Assembly: GCF_964355755.1 (NCBI RefSeq)
Contig: NC_092670.1
Span: forward strand, 32,414,388 to 32,478,387
DNA: 64,000 nucleotides
Direction of reading: 5' to 3'
Source: Antedon mediterranea
Lineage: Eukaryota > Animalia > Echinodermata
Part shown: positions 36,772 to 48,782 of the stretch, piece after piece
Numbering within the stretch: position 1 is the first letter of the stretch
How the letters are laid out: every line of letters starts with the position of its first letter
Notes under the pieces: generated by a model
Database searches by the model: none
What the model saw: the letters and a program-made list of their open reading frames with translations, nothing else
What the model was told of the DNA's origin: nothing
Position numbers and translations under genes: made by a program

Positions 36772-39345
36772 ATAAGTTGCTGGGGATTTCAACAGTGTTG
36801 ATATCTCCTCTCTAATTAAACATGTCGTTGATTTGCATCAAGTTGTTAAGGATAAAACCAGAGGAGACAAAATTCTTGATCTCATAATTTCGGACCTTAA
36901 AGATTTTTATATGACTCCTACAATTCAAGCCCGACTTGGAAAAAGTGATCACAATGTCATTTGGAGACCGCTGAACTCAATTAAGTGTAATGGTAAAATG
37001 GTTACAAAGATTTTTAAGCCTTGTACTGATTCGTCGATTACCAAATTTGACTGGTCACAGGTCTATAATATAAAAGATGTAGATGATAAAGTGAACATAA
37101 TGAACGATACCCTCACCTCCGCGTACAACAAGTTTTTTTCCTACCAAACATTTCCGAGTGTATTCTACCGATAGACCTTGGATCACTCCATACATTAAGA
37201 CATTTATCAGGTATAGACAAACTGCTTTTAGGAAGAAAAAACATGAACGTTACAAAACACTTAAGGTAATATGGGAAATAAAGAAAGCTAAGGAGAAGTA
37301 AAAGTGCTTGAGGTGAGCAATCCCCGTAAATGGTACGACAAAGTGAAGCAGATTTGTGGTAAACGTAAAGACAAATCAAGAATTACATTTGATAATCCTT
37401 TACCGATCCCAGATTCCGTTGCCTCTAAACAAATTAATGAACACCTCGCAAAAATTTGTCGTGAACTGGATCCTCTCAAACTTGACGAATTACCTACATA
37501 CCTCCCAGCTGAGAGTCCACTGCCACAAATTTTATGCTTTGAAGTTATTAACAACAATTATTAAAAGTGCAGATTAATAAATCAGTTCCACCTGGAGAAA
37601 TTCCACCAGTTATCATCAAAGAATTTGCACCCGAAATAGCAGAACCTCTAACGCATATATTTAATTCTTCTTTGAAAGAAGGTATTGTACCCAAAGCTTG
37701 GAAACAAGCTACCGTTATACCGATACCAAAGAAAAAAGGTACAGTCAGTATAGAACAGATTAGACCGATCTCGCTTACGCCACTGTTTATCCGAATCTTT
37801 GAACATTTTCTAACTAAATGGTTAAAATGAAGACCTATCTACCATTATAGATAAACAGCAGTTTGGTAATGTCAAAGGTATCAGCACGAGTCATTACCTT
37901 ATTGGGCTCTTACACTACCTTCTTTCTGGACTGGAAAAACCTGGTCACAAAGCACGAATTCTTGCTGTAGATTTCAGCAAAGCTTTCGACCGTATTAGTC
38001 ACCAGGTACTAATCAGTAAGATGATATCAATTGGTGTCAGGAAATCTATCATCCCGCGGTTCTGTAGCTTCCTAACTTGTAGAGAACAAAGAGTGCTCAT
38101 GGTAGCGCTATTTCCAGTTGGACATCTATATTTTGCGGTGTTCCGCAAGGAACGACATCTGGCCCAAGCCTTTTCAAGTAATGGTCAATGACTCGGAATC
38201 AGATTGCATTACAAGGTGGAAATTTGTCGACGATCTAACCTTCGCTGATATCTAAAAAAATAACTGGCTGGACTCTATTCAATCGTACTTTAGTAATTTA
38301 GTATTATTTTAGGAATAGTGTAAAATAAATAAAATGTCCCTTAACCCTAATAAGTGTAAATCAGTGGAGATTAACTTTTGCAAAACTCCTGGTTACTATG
38401 ATTTACTGACTAATAATGGAGTCCAAGTTGAGACTGTTAAGCAATTGAAGCTTTTAGGTGTAACTATCCAAGATAACCTTAAGTGGGATACACACATTGG
38501 TGAGATCGTTAGCAAGGCCAATAAAGCCATGCATATTGTATCGGTACTTAAAATGTTTGGTGTACCAGAAGATCAGTTAATCAAGATTTATAAATCTTTC
38601 ATACGCCCCATAATTGAATATTCTTGTCCAACCTGGCACTCCTCCCTGACTTCCGAATTAAGCTTTGACATGGAATCGGTCCAGAAGAGGTTTTTAAAAA
38701 TTGTACTAGGGAGGAGGTACTATTCGTACACTGCAGCCCTAAAGAAATTTTCTCTTGATAGGCTCTGTGACCGTCGTCTCCAGCTTGTTCTGAAGTTTGG
38801 GAGGAGTGTCCATGAAAAATTTAGTAATATTATCCCCAATACCCGTGCTGAAGCGACAGGTAGATCTCTCAGAAACGCAAACAAAATATCCCAAATTAAA
38901 TGTAGAACAGAGAGATTTAAGAAATCCTCACTCCCATTCCTGACTAACAATGACCTTATAGTGCAATAATATATATATATGAAATTCGTAATTTTGATAG
39001 ATAGGCCTACGGATAATTAATAATTTTACTCGCAGTTTTTAAATTTGTAATTGTATATTCTTTTTTTTTTTTTTATGAATTTATGTGTATATATATATTT
39101 TTATATTAGATGGTTGTGTAATTTTGCTCGTTTTTTATATATATCTTTGTAAATTTGTAATTGTATATTCTTTATTTTTGTTAATGCATTTTTGTATATA
39201 TATATATATATTTTTATATTGGATGTTTGTGTAATTTTTGCTCGTTTTTGATATATTTTTTAAGTTTATGTTACTGGACGCAATTCAGTTTTGTACTGCC
39301 ATGTCTTTGTTTTTAATAAACCAGAATAAATAAATAAATAAATAA
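36772..39345 (+). mobile_element. Decayed 5'-truncated LINE (CR1/L2 group) ORF2: APE endonuclease C-terminus plus reverse transcriptase
   Basis: GDFN, TRGDKILDLII, LGKSDH, RPISLT, VDFSKAFD, GVPQG and KFVDD motifs across several frames with stops and frameshifts; 3' (taaa)n tail at 39326-39345. Confidence 0.93.
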
Positions 39346-39718
39346 AACAATAAGTGTATTATTACTCTGAGTTCGTGTACAATATGACTGAAAGCAATCG
39401 TTAAAACATATTTTTTGTTGATAAGTAACATGGAGCATGATCATTAGACACTACTTATTAGACAGTAATTGTTCTTCCCACTTGCTATCCAATTACAAAT
39501 TACTGAAAAGAATGACAACGCTGCTATCAGTGTCTAAATCTTTATGACGACTCTTTGATTTTAATTATATATTTTATGAGATTATAGAAAAGAAAAAACA
39601 ACATTCAAACCAATCTAAAATGGACCTTGGATATTTACACAAGACAATAAACAAGAACATACGAATACAGATATTGATGTGGTTTATTATTATGATACGT
39701 AAACGTATACGCTCTACC

Positions 39719-42700
39719 ATGAATTTGAAAATGAATGTTTTCCACCAAGTATATTTACTTCTACTAATTAATTTTGGTACTGCTGCTCAGGAACAGCTAT
39801 GCACAAATACCGAAAACTTAGCATGTCAATGTAAAACAAGAGATGGATTGATAGATTTAACGAGCATTGGATTAAAAGACGGAATACAGTAAGTAATGTA
39901 ACCAGGCATTGTTAGATAACCGTTACTGTAAGTGCTGCCAAGTGCTGTCTGTTAAAAGAAATAAGTGGCCTTTTTAAAAATAATGTTTATCACACACCCA
40001 TACCCATTTCCAAAGTAAATATCCGTTTGTATTCCCTGCTTTCTTTAGTAGTAATTGATATTGTTTTTAAGTAACTCCTCTTCCTTGTAAAATCAACTCA
40101 TATTGCATCTCCACCTACGGCTCTCTGCATGCTATTTCTAATGTATACATACAAATATATGTTTTCAGGTTCCAAACGTACTCGCCAGAACTGTATCCAG
40201 ACCATTTTCTCTACTCATACAATCCGTGTTACGCTTTCAATGACAAAAATTGTTTAAACTCTGCGGTAATATAACTCTTTTTTTTCTGAATAACATACGA
40301 TAAAACGTTATTATTAGAACGGCCTAAGTAGTTATTGGTATGACTTGTGTCGTTGACAGATACGTGTAAAGCTCTGTCTACACTATCACACTAGTTTGAC
40401 AAAAAAGTGTCATATTCCCAAATATGGTAGTGATATGCCCAATTATGGTAATAATATGACATAATTAAGGGCGTGTGGCGCAGTGTGTTGGACGTTGGAC
40501 TACCGATCGTCAGACCTAGGTTCGAATCCAACTCTCGCCGCATTGCTTGTATCCGTAGGCAAGATACTTTACTTACGTTGCCTCTCTCCACCCAGGTGTA
40601 TAAATGGGTACCCAGTTAGATCTAGACACAACTTGGCGCTGGTTACCGGCTGCATTATGGGAGTATGTTTCCATACGTGTTTGATCCCAAAAAACACTGG
40701 GGTAATAATGCTTGTAAAGCGCCTTTGAGCATGATTACTCATGAAAAGGGCGCTATATAAATGTGGTATTATTATATTATATTATAATGTATGCTACAAT
40801 AATGCTCTGCGCCGTATACTTAATGTCTCTAGAAGTAGCGAAAATCTACCTATGGTTTCATGCAACGTATGTTGAATAGTGGTAACATCCTTGTTGCTTG
40901 AGTTTGCAAACATATGCTCCATAACTCCAAAATGTATTGTAGATGGAGAAGCATTCTATATACTTAAGTTTAGAGTTTACGATTTTTCTTTTTTTCTGTT
41001 TTATAAGTTTATTAATATAGATGATATTTTTTTTGTGATATAACGTTTGATAGTGTAGACAGAGCTTATGCATGTCCTCTTTGTGCTGTCTTTTAAATAA
41101 AAGTTAGCTTATGTATAACTTTATAATGTAGGTATGTCAAATAGGTAGGTCATATCTTGCATGGTCAGATATAGACCTAGCGACGACATATAATACTGGA
41201 ACTCAAAGTAGTGCAAGATGGGCCAAGTGTGAAGACAATCCAAGCAAGATTTGCATAACATATGCTGCCGTGCAAAATTTAGTAGTTCGGTAAGCTCGAC
41301 AATATCCTCGACTAATTTTAACATGCGTTTTAAATGTGTTTCTTTTATTCTATTTACGAAATCATAGTAATTATATTCTGTTTTATCCATTTATCTACAG
41401 TACAACAACAGTCGTACTTACCTGCGGGAACACAACAAAGCCGACTTTAATTGTAGACGGGGAAAAGAATCTCACCCACTATGTACGTATTTATTATTTG
41501 ATACTTGTATAATGTATAATTTGTGTACTTAGTGTAAAATTGTTATTGTTTTTGCCTACCTATTACTGTTACTGTATATTTATAAACAGCCTAGAAAATG
41601 CTGATAAAATCCAAATACCCTTCCTAGTGAAATTGAATGACATCGAAAGTGGGAGGGTGGGTACGTGACAAATCACCTAGTTAATTGAGTTTGTCAACAA
41701 AAGTAGAAAAAAATTGAGGAGAATTTATGGCCAGGGTTCACCGTCTGCATGGTCAGTCTTCCTTTCTTACTACTCTGTATAAACTTTCATAATCCTTGGA
41801 AAAACTCCGGCAATCATAAAATGAAAAGTGAAAATAGGTAACTTTGTATTGATTGAATATACGAGCACGGCATATTATTTTACAGGTCCTGAGAATGACT
41901 TCTAAGTGTGCGTGTATTAATGGGTGTACCGGTGGTGTTGACAGTGACAACGACGGTGTTGACAGTGACAAAGACGGTGTTGGCAGTGACAACGATGGTG
42001 TTGGCAGTAACAACGGCGGTGTTGGCAGTGACAACGACGGTTTTGGTAGTGACAACGACGGTATTAGCAGTGACAACTACAGTGCTGGCAGTGACAACGA
42101 CGGAGTTGGCAGTGACAACGACGGTTTTGGTAGTGACAACGATGGTGTTGACAGTGACAACGACGGTTTTGGTAGTGGCAACTACGGTGTTGGTAGTGAC
42201 AACGACGGTGTTGACAGTGACAACTACGGTGCTGGCAGTGAAAACGACGGTGTTGACAGTGAAAACGACGGTTTTGGCAGTGACAACTACGGTGTTGGCA
42301 GTGACAACCACAGTGTTGGCAGTGACAACGATTATTTTGACAGTGACAACTATTATTTTGACAGTGACGACGAGGAAACGGGCCCCAGTGTCATACTTAT
42401 TCTGTGCATTTTGTAAGTATTTTGTTAATGTTTTTACATACGCAAAGATGTGGTAATGGCGCTGCGAATTATTTATTATGTTGTTTTACAGCTGTTTGAA
42501 TTTATTGCTTGATGTCGTCGCAAGTGCTGCCTATTGATGTTGTTTTTTTACAGAGTGATACTTGTTGGTAGTGATTGAAGTAGGGCCTAGTTGGTAGTTT
42601 TGTGAAGTTGTTGGAAGTGTACAGAGGTTGATTATATAGCATTAGTAGATTGATTAGGGGGTTGTGATTCGGAATAGTGGTTTCTATTTGGAGATGTCCA

Positions 42701-43386
42701 ATCATCAGGTATTAGTAGTGTGGAAGTGCTGACTTGATTCACAGATGCAGGCATTGAAGGTGATGTTTACGCGCGCACAAAAACAACTTAATTACCAAAT
42801 ATATTTTCACACATTTCCACATAGGATTCCTGTACTGATCGTTGTGAATGTAGTTGTTGTGATCGCTTTTCTTATTTTCAAACGAAGAGCAGTTACTGAC
42901 AAAGCGAAAGAATTGCTAGTAAAGGTAAAGAAAAATTCTTCTTTCTATATAATAAATAAACATTAAACTAGAGCATTAATATTTTGATTAATTTAAGTTC
43001 ATATGATTATTGTTTATTTATATTATGTATTATTCATTTATAAATAGATAGACATTGTTTTTGTTCTGAGACACATATGCAAGAACGTAAAACTCCAAAA
43101 CAATATATAGGCGTATTAAAAAAAAATACCTAATACAGACTAAGAATTTCTTCACGCTTAAGATTAGATTCACACTCCGTATACGCTTGTATAATAAAAT
43201 CATCTTCCATGACGTGACATGGAATAGTGTGAATAATATAGCTTCAGTATCATTATATTTTGTCTCTCATGAAACTGAAATTTGGACTCAACTATGTTTA
43301 GGACTATTTAGTTTCTTCACTTGATATCATGCATCTTGCTAAACACATTTTTTTCTCGACCACAGGATGGTACTGGTATTCTTTAA
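39719..43386 (+). CDS. Mannose-6-phosphate receptor homology (CD-MPR/ATG27-like) membrane protein, paralog 1, with acidic repeat stalk (about 384 aa)
   Basis: Exons 39719-39888, 40169-40265, 41132-41289, 41401-41482, 41886-42412, 42825-42924 and 43366-43386 (last exon less certain). Signal peptide, C.C..GLIDL, YSYNPC, AVCQ, R.T.V.L.C, GE..Y, MTSKCAC and a TM helix. Confidence 0.8.
40469..40786 (+). mobile_element. tRNA-derived SINE (Meta-SINE-like core, L2-type tail) nested in a Harbinger MITE
   Basis: A box gtggcgcagtg and B box ggttcgaatcc; core ggcaagatacttta..ctctccacccaggtgtataaatgggtacc; tail gtaaagcgcctttgag..gcgctatataaat(tat)n. Confidence 0.85.
41934..42374 (+). repeat. Coding 21-bp minisatellite, 21 units, encoding G-V/F-G/D-S-D-N-D/Y
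   Basis: ggtgttggcagtgacaacgac repeats in frame within exon 41886-42412. Confidence 0.95.
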
Positions 43387-44896
43387 GCAGAGGCGTGATG
43401 AATTGTTGAACAAAAGTGTCACAAAAGGAGGATTTAGAAGATATGTAAAAACACATACATTTTGTGGAAACTTAACATAAAAACAAAACAAAAATTAAAT
43501 AAATAATAGTAGTATAATATAGTGTTAGCCATTTAGGTTTACTCTGTATTGTTTACAGTTAGAGTTACTTAGTATATATGCAGACGTACAAAATAACGAC
43601 AATTATAATACTAAATTCATTCGTACTTTATTTACAACACATTGCATAATAACACAGGTATCCCGTACCCACAATGAACCCCGAGTACCAAACTTCCTTT
43701 GTAGCTATGCCGTGTATATTACGTCATTCTATTAATTAATCATGCATAACGGAGGGCAACTAGTGCCATCACAATACTTACGCATGTAAGTAGTAAACCT
43801 TCGTTTTCCACTAGGCGAATATTATTGGAATTAATAGTGAATACGCATAGACTAATTCTCCTTTAGCGTAGGACTATTGGAAAAAAGAAGCACCTTTCAA
43901 CAAATAAATGTTGTTACACGTCTTTAACCCGACTAGTCAAGTGAATTAGAATAATTAATTGGATAATTTTATAAAAACTTCTGATATGAACGCTTTTATG
44001 AGGACAAAAATCATGATATCGTCATTTGTTGTTGAGTATGCTATTTTAATGTCACATAATAGTTATCCACTTTGACCAAAATTGGATGATATACCTGAAA
44101 AACTAAAATAGTTGCCAGCCAATGGTTTTTGATTGAATTTAACCATTTATTTTGTCATTTTAGAAGAGAAAACATTACTTTTTGTCTAGGGAAGTGATTA
44201 ACCTTATTAAAACTATATATACAAGATGACCAAGGTGTGATGTAATTAATCTTAATTGTTCATGTTTTAGGGGGGACAATACATCTTCCATCGATAAACT
44301 ACACCTAAATTCTGTATTTTTTGCTGCAAGTTCATTGCTCTCCAAAACTTCCGTTTCCTCCATTGGCCTAAAACAACAAACAAAATAATCCTTTTGTTGA
44401 TTATCTCCCCGATTCCTTATAAATAAATAATAACATATTGTAAACAAACCAATTATGTACCGTCTACTTAACCCAGAAAATACTCCATGGATCTGTTTGA
44501 AATGATAACATATTATAGGCCTATATCAAACAAATACAATATCAAAATATTCATGAATAACAATATTTAAAGTCTAGTAGCCCAAACACCATTCCTCCAC
44601 ACCGCTCAAAATAGAAAATCCTGCTAACAAAAGCCTAACAATTCGATACTATAGCGCTAAATTGGGATATAAAACTTCAACAAACAACCCCCAAACCATT
44701 TGATTACTATATTATTTATTATCAAGGTTACTGCAAAGTATTCAAATATGATTTACAACAACCCAAACATAATGAACATTTGGACTATTGGAATATTTAT
44801 ACAAGTTAGAATAAACAAGAAAGTACGGGCCGGCCAAAGGTTTTCGAACATCACGTGGTCTATTATCATATTCAACGGGTATTATACGTCCTACTA

Positions 44897-47800
44897 ATGA
44901 ATTTGAAAATGTATAATTTCCAACTGTTTTTACCTTTACTACTATTTAATTTCGGCACTGATGCTCAAGTTCAGTTTTGCCAAAATACTGATAATTTAGC
45001 ATGTGAATGTCAGATGAATGAGGGCTTGATAAATTTAGCGCCAATTGGACTAACAAACGGAATACAGTAAGTAGGCCAATGTCTAGCCCTGTCGTAACCT
45101 GTTACAGAATGTTGAGCCTCTGATTGAGGTAACCCTGATACATTCAGTTATTGTAAATGTGCACAAGCATGGTCTGTATTTTAATGAATTTAATCTTCTA
45201 TATTTAAGCCTACTTTGTTTTGCAACATATGGTTAGGTTGGTCGGTTAGTTGATGCATAACCATATTAATAATATTTTAATAATAATTATACACAAATTT
45301 AAATTCTTCCCAAATTAAAGATCTATATTATAGATTCCCTTATCAAATCCTAGAATTGGCACATTGTTTTATTTTTCCCTTCCTTTCATACAAATGATTT
45401 GATATCTTTATTATTATTTCTGAATATAATGTATAATGTTTGTTTTTAATTTTTCTACAGGTTCCAATCATACAGCCCAATCAAATATCCAGACGATTTT
45501 CTCTATTCATACAACCCGTGTTACCCATTTACTGATCTTACCTGTGTAGATTCTGCGGTAATACATACGTTATTTTAATTGTCAGTAGGACTATGCATAC
45601 AGATACCATAATATATATTTTCAAGGGAGATTTATATGTAGGAACATTATAGGCTACTGTTAAGGCTTAGGTTCTCGACCAACGTTGGGCCCGGTTGGCA
45701 CCCGATTTTAGCTTGGATAGGAGACCATCTGGCAATATCGGGTGCTGAATATATGGAGCTGGTAACTCTTTTGACAGCTCCTGTATCTAGTATATGCCTC
45801 AGTCGTATTGGCCCTTGCCTTCCTCTGGACAAGGTCAGCACAGAGAGACGAGAAAAGCAGTCGATCAATAATATAGGACCAACCAATCTGCTTTAAACAG
45901 TCTTGGCTTTAGTTGCACTCTCCATTCAGATAAATGTAAGAATAATTGACATTGTTGTTAGCGACCGACGTCAACCATAATATTAATAATAATGATAAAT
46001 GCTATATGCACTCTCATAGTGCCTTTTGGTTGTTACTGTTTTATTTGAACAAAACGAGTAATAATATAATTACTGTATTTTTTTAAAAGTCAGGTTTTTA
46101 AAGTAACCATAAGACAAATAGTTACATAACTAAAAGTGTTTTTAATACCGAAACCTTTATGTTCTTACTTGTAGGTGTGTCAAAAAAAAGATCCCTCAGA
46201 AACTTATAATGTCGGCACTCAAAAAAGTGCAAAATGGGGAAAGTGTGATGACGATCTGAGCAAGATTTGTGTAACGTATGAGGCCGTACAAGATTCGACA
46301 ACACGGTAAGTTCTGCTTTCATGCTCTCTGAATCCCTCTGATCCAATCCGACTGAAATAATCCAATTAAATTGATACTAAGACTTTATTACGTCGTAACG
46401 AATCACCCTGCTCCCGAGTGGTAAGTTCATTCTCAAATATATCCAGCATTTCTTTTATTTATTTGATATATTTAAGGTCTACTTTGAAAACTAAGAGTCA
46501 TGACGACTTTCGATTATGGAACCCTCCTAAACGCAATTATTCATCTACTTCTTAAACCTTCATTAATTTTGGTCCTTCACTACTGGGGTTTGGACGGAAA
46601 TAAAGCTTTGTCTACACTATCAAACTTTATGTGACAAAAAAATGTGATATGCCCATATAGGCTACCATATGTGAGCATATCAATACCATATTTAGGTACA
46701 TCACACTTTTAAGTCAGACTAATGTAAACGTGGATTGTGAGGACGTACTTTTACTTGCAGAAAAAATCACAATGAAAGAAAATTATGTTTGTGCATTATT
46801 CATGGTTTGTGCCTCAACACTTTGGAAAAACAATGGTGTATACCGGCCCTGATTAACATCCTCGCTTAGTTCGTATAACCATGGAGCTAGATCCATGCTA
46901 TAACAATGTGCATTTTAAATTTATGAAATATTATAGTATAATGACACTTTTTTTTCTACAGTACAACTACAGTCGTGCTTACTTGTGGAACAACAGAAAA
47001 ACCGACCTTAGTTGTAGATGGGGAAACTCCAAATCTTGGAAACCAATATGTAAATATTTCTTTCTCCCTAAAATTTACAAAGTGCTTAGAGTACAACAGT
47101 ACGGTAGTTGAAATAAAGTAGCCCAGGGCAACATCACTCTTTTTTAATTTTAAAAAGTGTCAAAAGCTTTCACTTACAGGTACTGAATACAAACCAACTT
47201 TGAATAATGACAGATTTATACATACTTTTCTGTTGCTTTACAGGTCTTTAGAATGACCTCTAAGTGTGCCTGTCCTAATGGGTGCACTGGGGGTGGTGGC
47301 GACTCTGGCCTTAGTACCGGATCTATTATGTGCATTATGTAAGTATCTTTTTTTTAAACGTACATGCGTGTTGGATGTCTTCATTTGCCTGATGTGTGGT
47401 TGATATAACACGTTGGTGACTTGAGAAGAGTGTTAATGCAATTATTGTTGTTGGTGGATGTTGCTTGTCTGGACTGATGCCCGGTGGTCGGTGATTTGAA
47501 ATGGTGATTATTGAAGTGGTGATGCTGTTGGAGCTGATACTAATGTTTGGTTGTTGGCAGATATTGTAATAAGTAGAAGCTTTGGTTTCCTGTGTTTGGT
47601 TTGGTAGATGAGAATAGGAGGTGGGTTCTGGTTGTTGGTACAGTACATGTTTTAAATTTATAGGCTGTTTGTTAATTTTGTTTTTTGGCATAATATGTTT
47701 CGGTGTCTACTGGTGGTGTTTGATTGTTGACAGAGGTTGAGTACAGTAATTAGAAGCGGTGTCTACTGGTGTTTGATTGTTGACAGAGGTTGAGTATAGT

Positions 47801-48782
47801 AATTTGGAGCGGTGTCTACTGGTGTTTGATTGTTGACAGAGGTTAGGTACAGTAATTAGGAGCGGTGTCTGTTGGTGTTTGATTGTTGACAGAGGTTAGG
47901 TACAGTAAGTAGAAGCGGTGTCTACTGGTGTTTGTTTGATTGTTGACAGAGGTTGATTACAGTAATTAGAAGCGGTGTCTACTGGTGTTTATTTATTTGT
48001 TGACAGAGTTTGAGTACAGTACGTAGAGGCGGTATATCTACTGGTGTTTGTTTGATTGTTGACAGAGGTTGTTAGGTACAGTAAGTAAAAGTGGTGTCTA
48101 CTGGTATGTGTTTGTTGACAGAGGTTGAGTACAGTAATTAGAAGTGGTGCCTTTTGGATTTTGATTGTTGGCAGACGTTGGAGTACAGTATTAGAAGCGG
48201 TGTCTGTTGGTGTTTGATTGTTGACAGACTTTTGTTTATATTTCTTGTAATTATTAGATTAAAAAAGAATTAGATGATTAAATAAAGAGAACTGAAGGTC
48301 TCGCACATTGGTATGCTAAGTACGAGTATTACACTTATTTTCACTCCTATTTCAAGATTTTCTGTATTGGTTGTTGTGTATGTGGCTGCAGGAATCGCTT
48401 TCAATGTTTTCAAAGGAGCAAAAGGCAAAGAAGCGTTCCCAAATGTAGAGTTTTGGAAAGATTTCCCAGTAAAAGTAAAGGTAAAGAGAATTTATTGTTT
48501 TTTACAAAAATCTGAATAATAACCCTATCCAATACTCAGTACATTGACAACACGTTGTTTTGCGGGTAGGACAAACATCTAGTTCTATTTTGTAGTAGGC
48601 CTAAAAACAAAAACATTGTTTTCTAAATATTATGGGAAAGTAAGTAAAACGTAATTGGAAGGCTCATTGAACAAAAAAGAGATCTAGGCAGTTTTAAATA
48701 ACTTATCGATATTACTCTACAGGATGGTACTGTATATTTTGTAAGTATATTCAAGAAGGGAGGTTATGAAACGATGGATTAG
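44897..48782 (+). CDS. CD-MPR/ATG27-like MRH-domain membrane protein, paralog 2 (about 254 aa)
   Basis: Exons 44897-45066, 45461-45557, 46175-46305, 46962-47049, 47244-47338, 48357-48480 and 48723-48782. GLSTGSIMCII..VY..GAKGKEAFPNVEFWKDFP..VKDG..GYETMD* is the typical CD-MPR/ATG27-like TM and tail. Confidence 0.88.
45678..45915 (+). mobile_element. 5S rRNA-derived SINE (SINE3-like) fragment
   Basis: gggcccggttggca..cttggataggagaccatctggcaatatcgggtgctg matches the 3' half of 5S rRNA. The downstream body matches the reverse complement of 63915-64000. Confidence 0.7.
47700..48230. repeat. Intronic minisatellite, about 10 units of 53-58 bp
   Basis: Repeats of cggtgtctactggtgtttgattgttgacagaggttgagtacagtaattagaag. 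Confidence 0.95.

Noticed and set aside
41880-42456. Overlapping VTTTVLA (+) and VVTANTV (-) ORFs resembling antifreeze or mucin proteins
   Set aside because: They are alternative frames of the 21-bp repeat; only the GVGSDND frame fits the splice phases and aligns with paralog 2.
47700-48230. Regular repeats that could be mistaken for a CRISPR array
   Set aside because: Contiguous tandem units with no unique spacers, inside a eukaryotic intron, with no cas genes.
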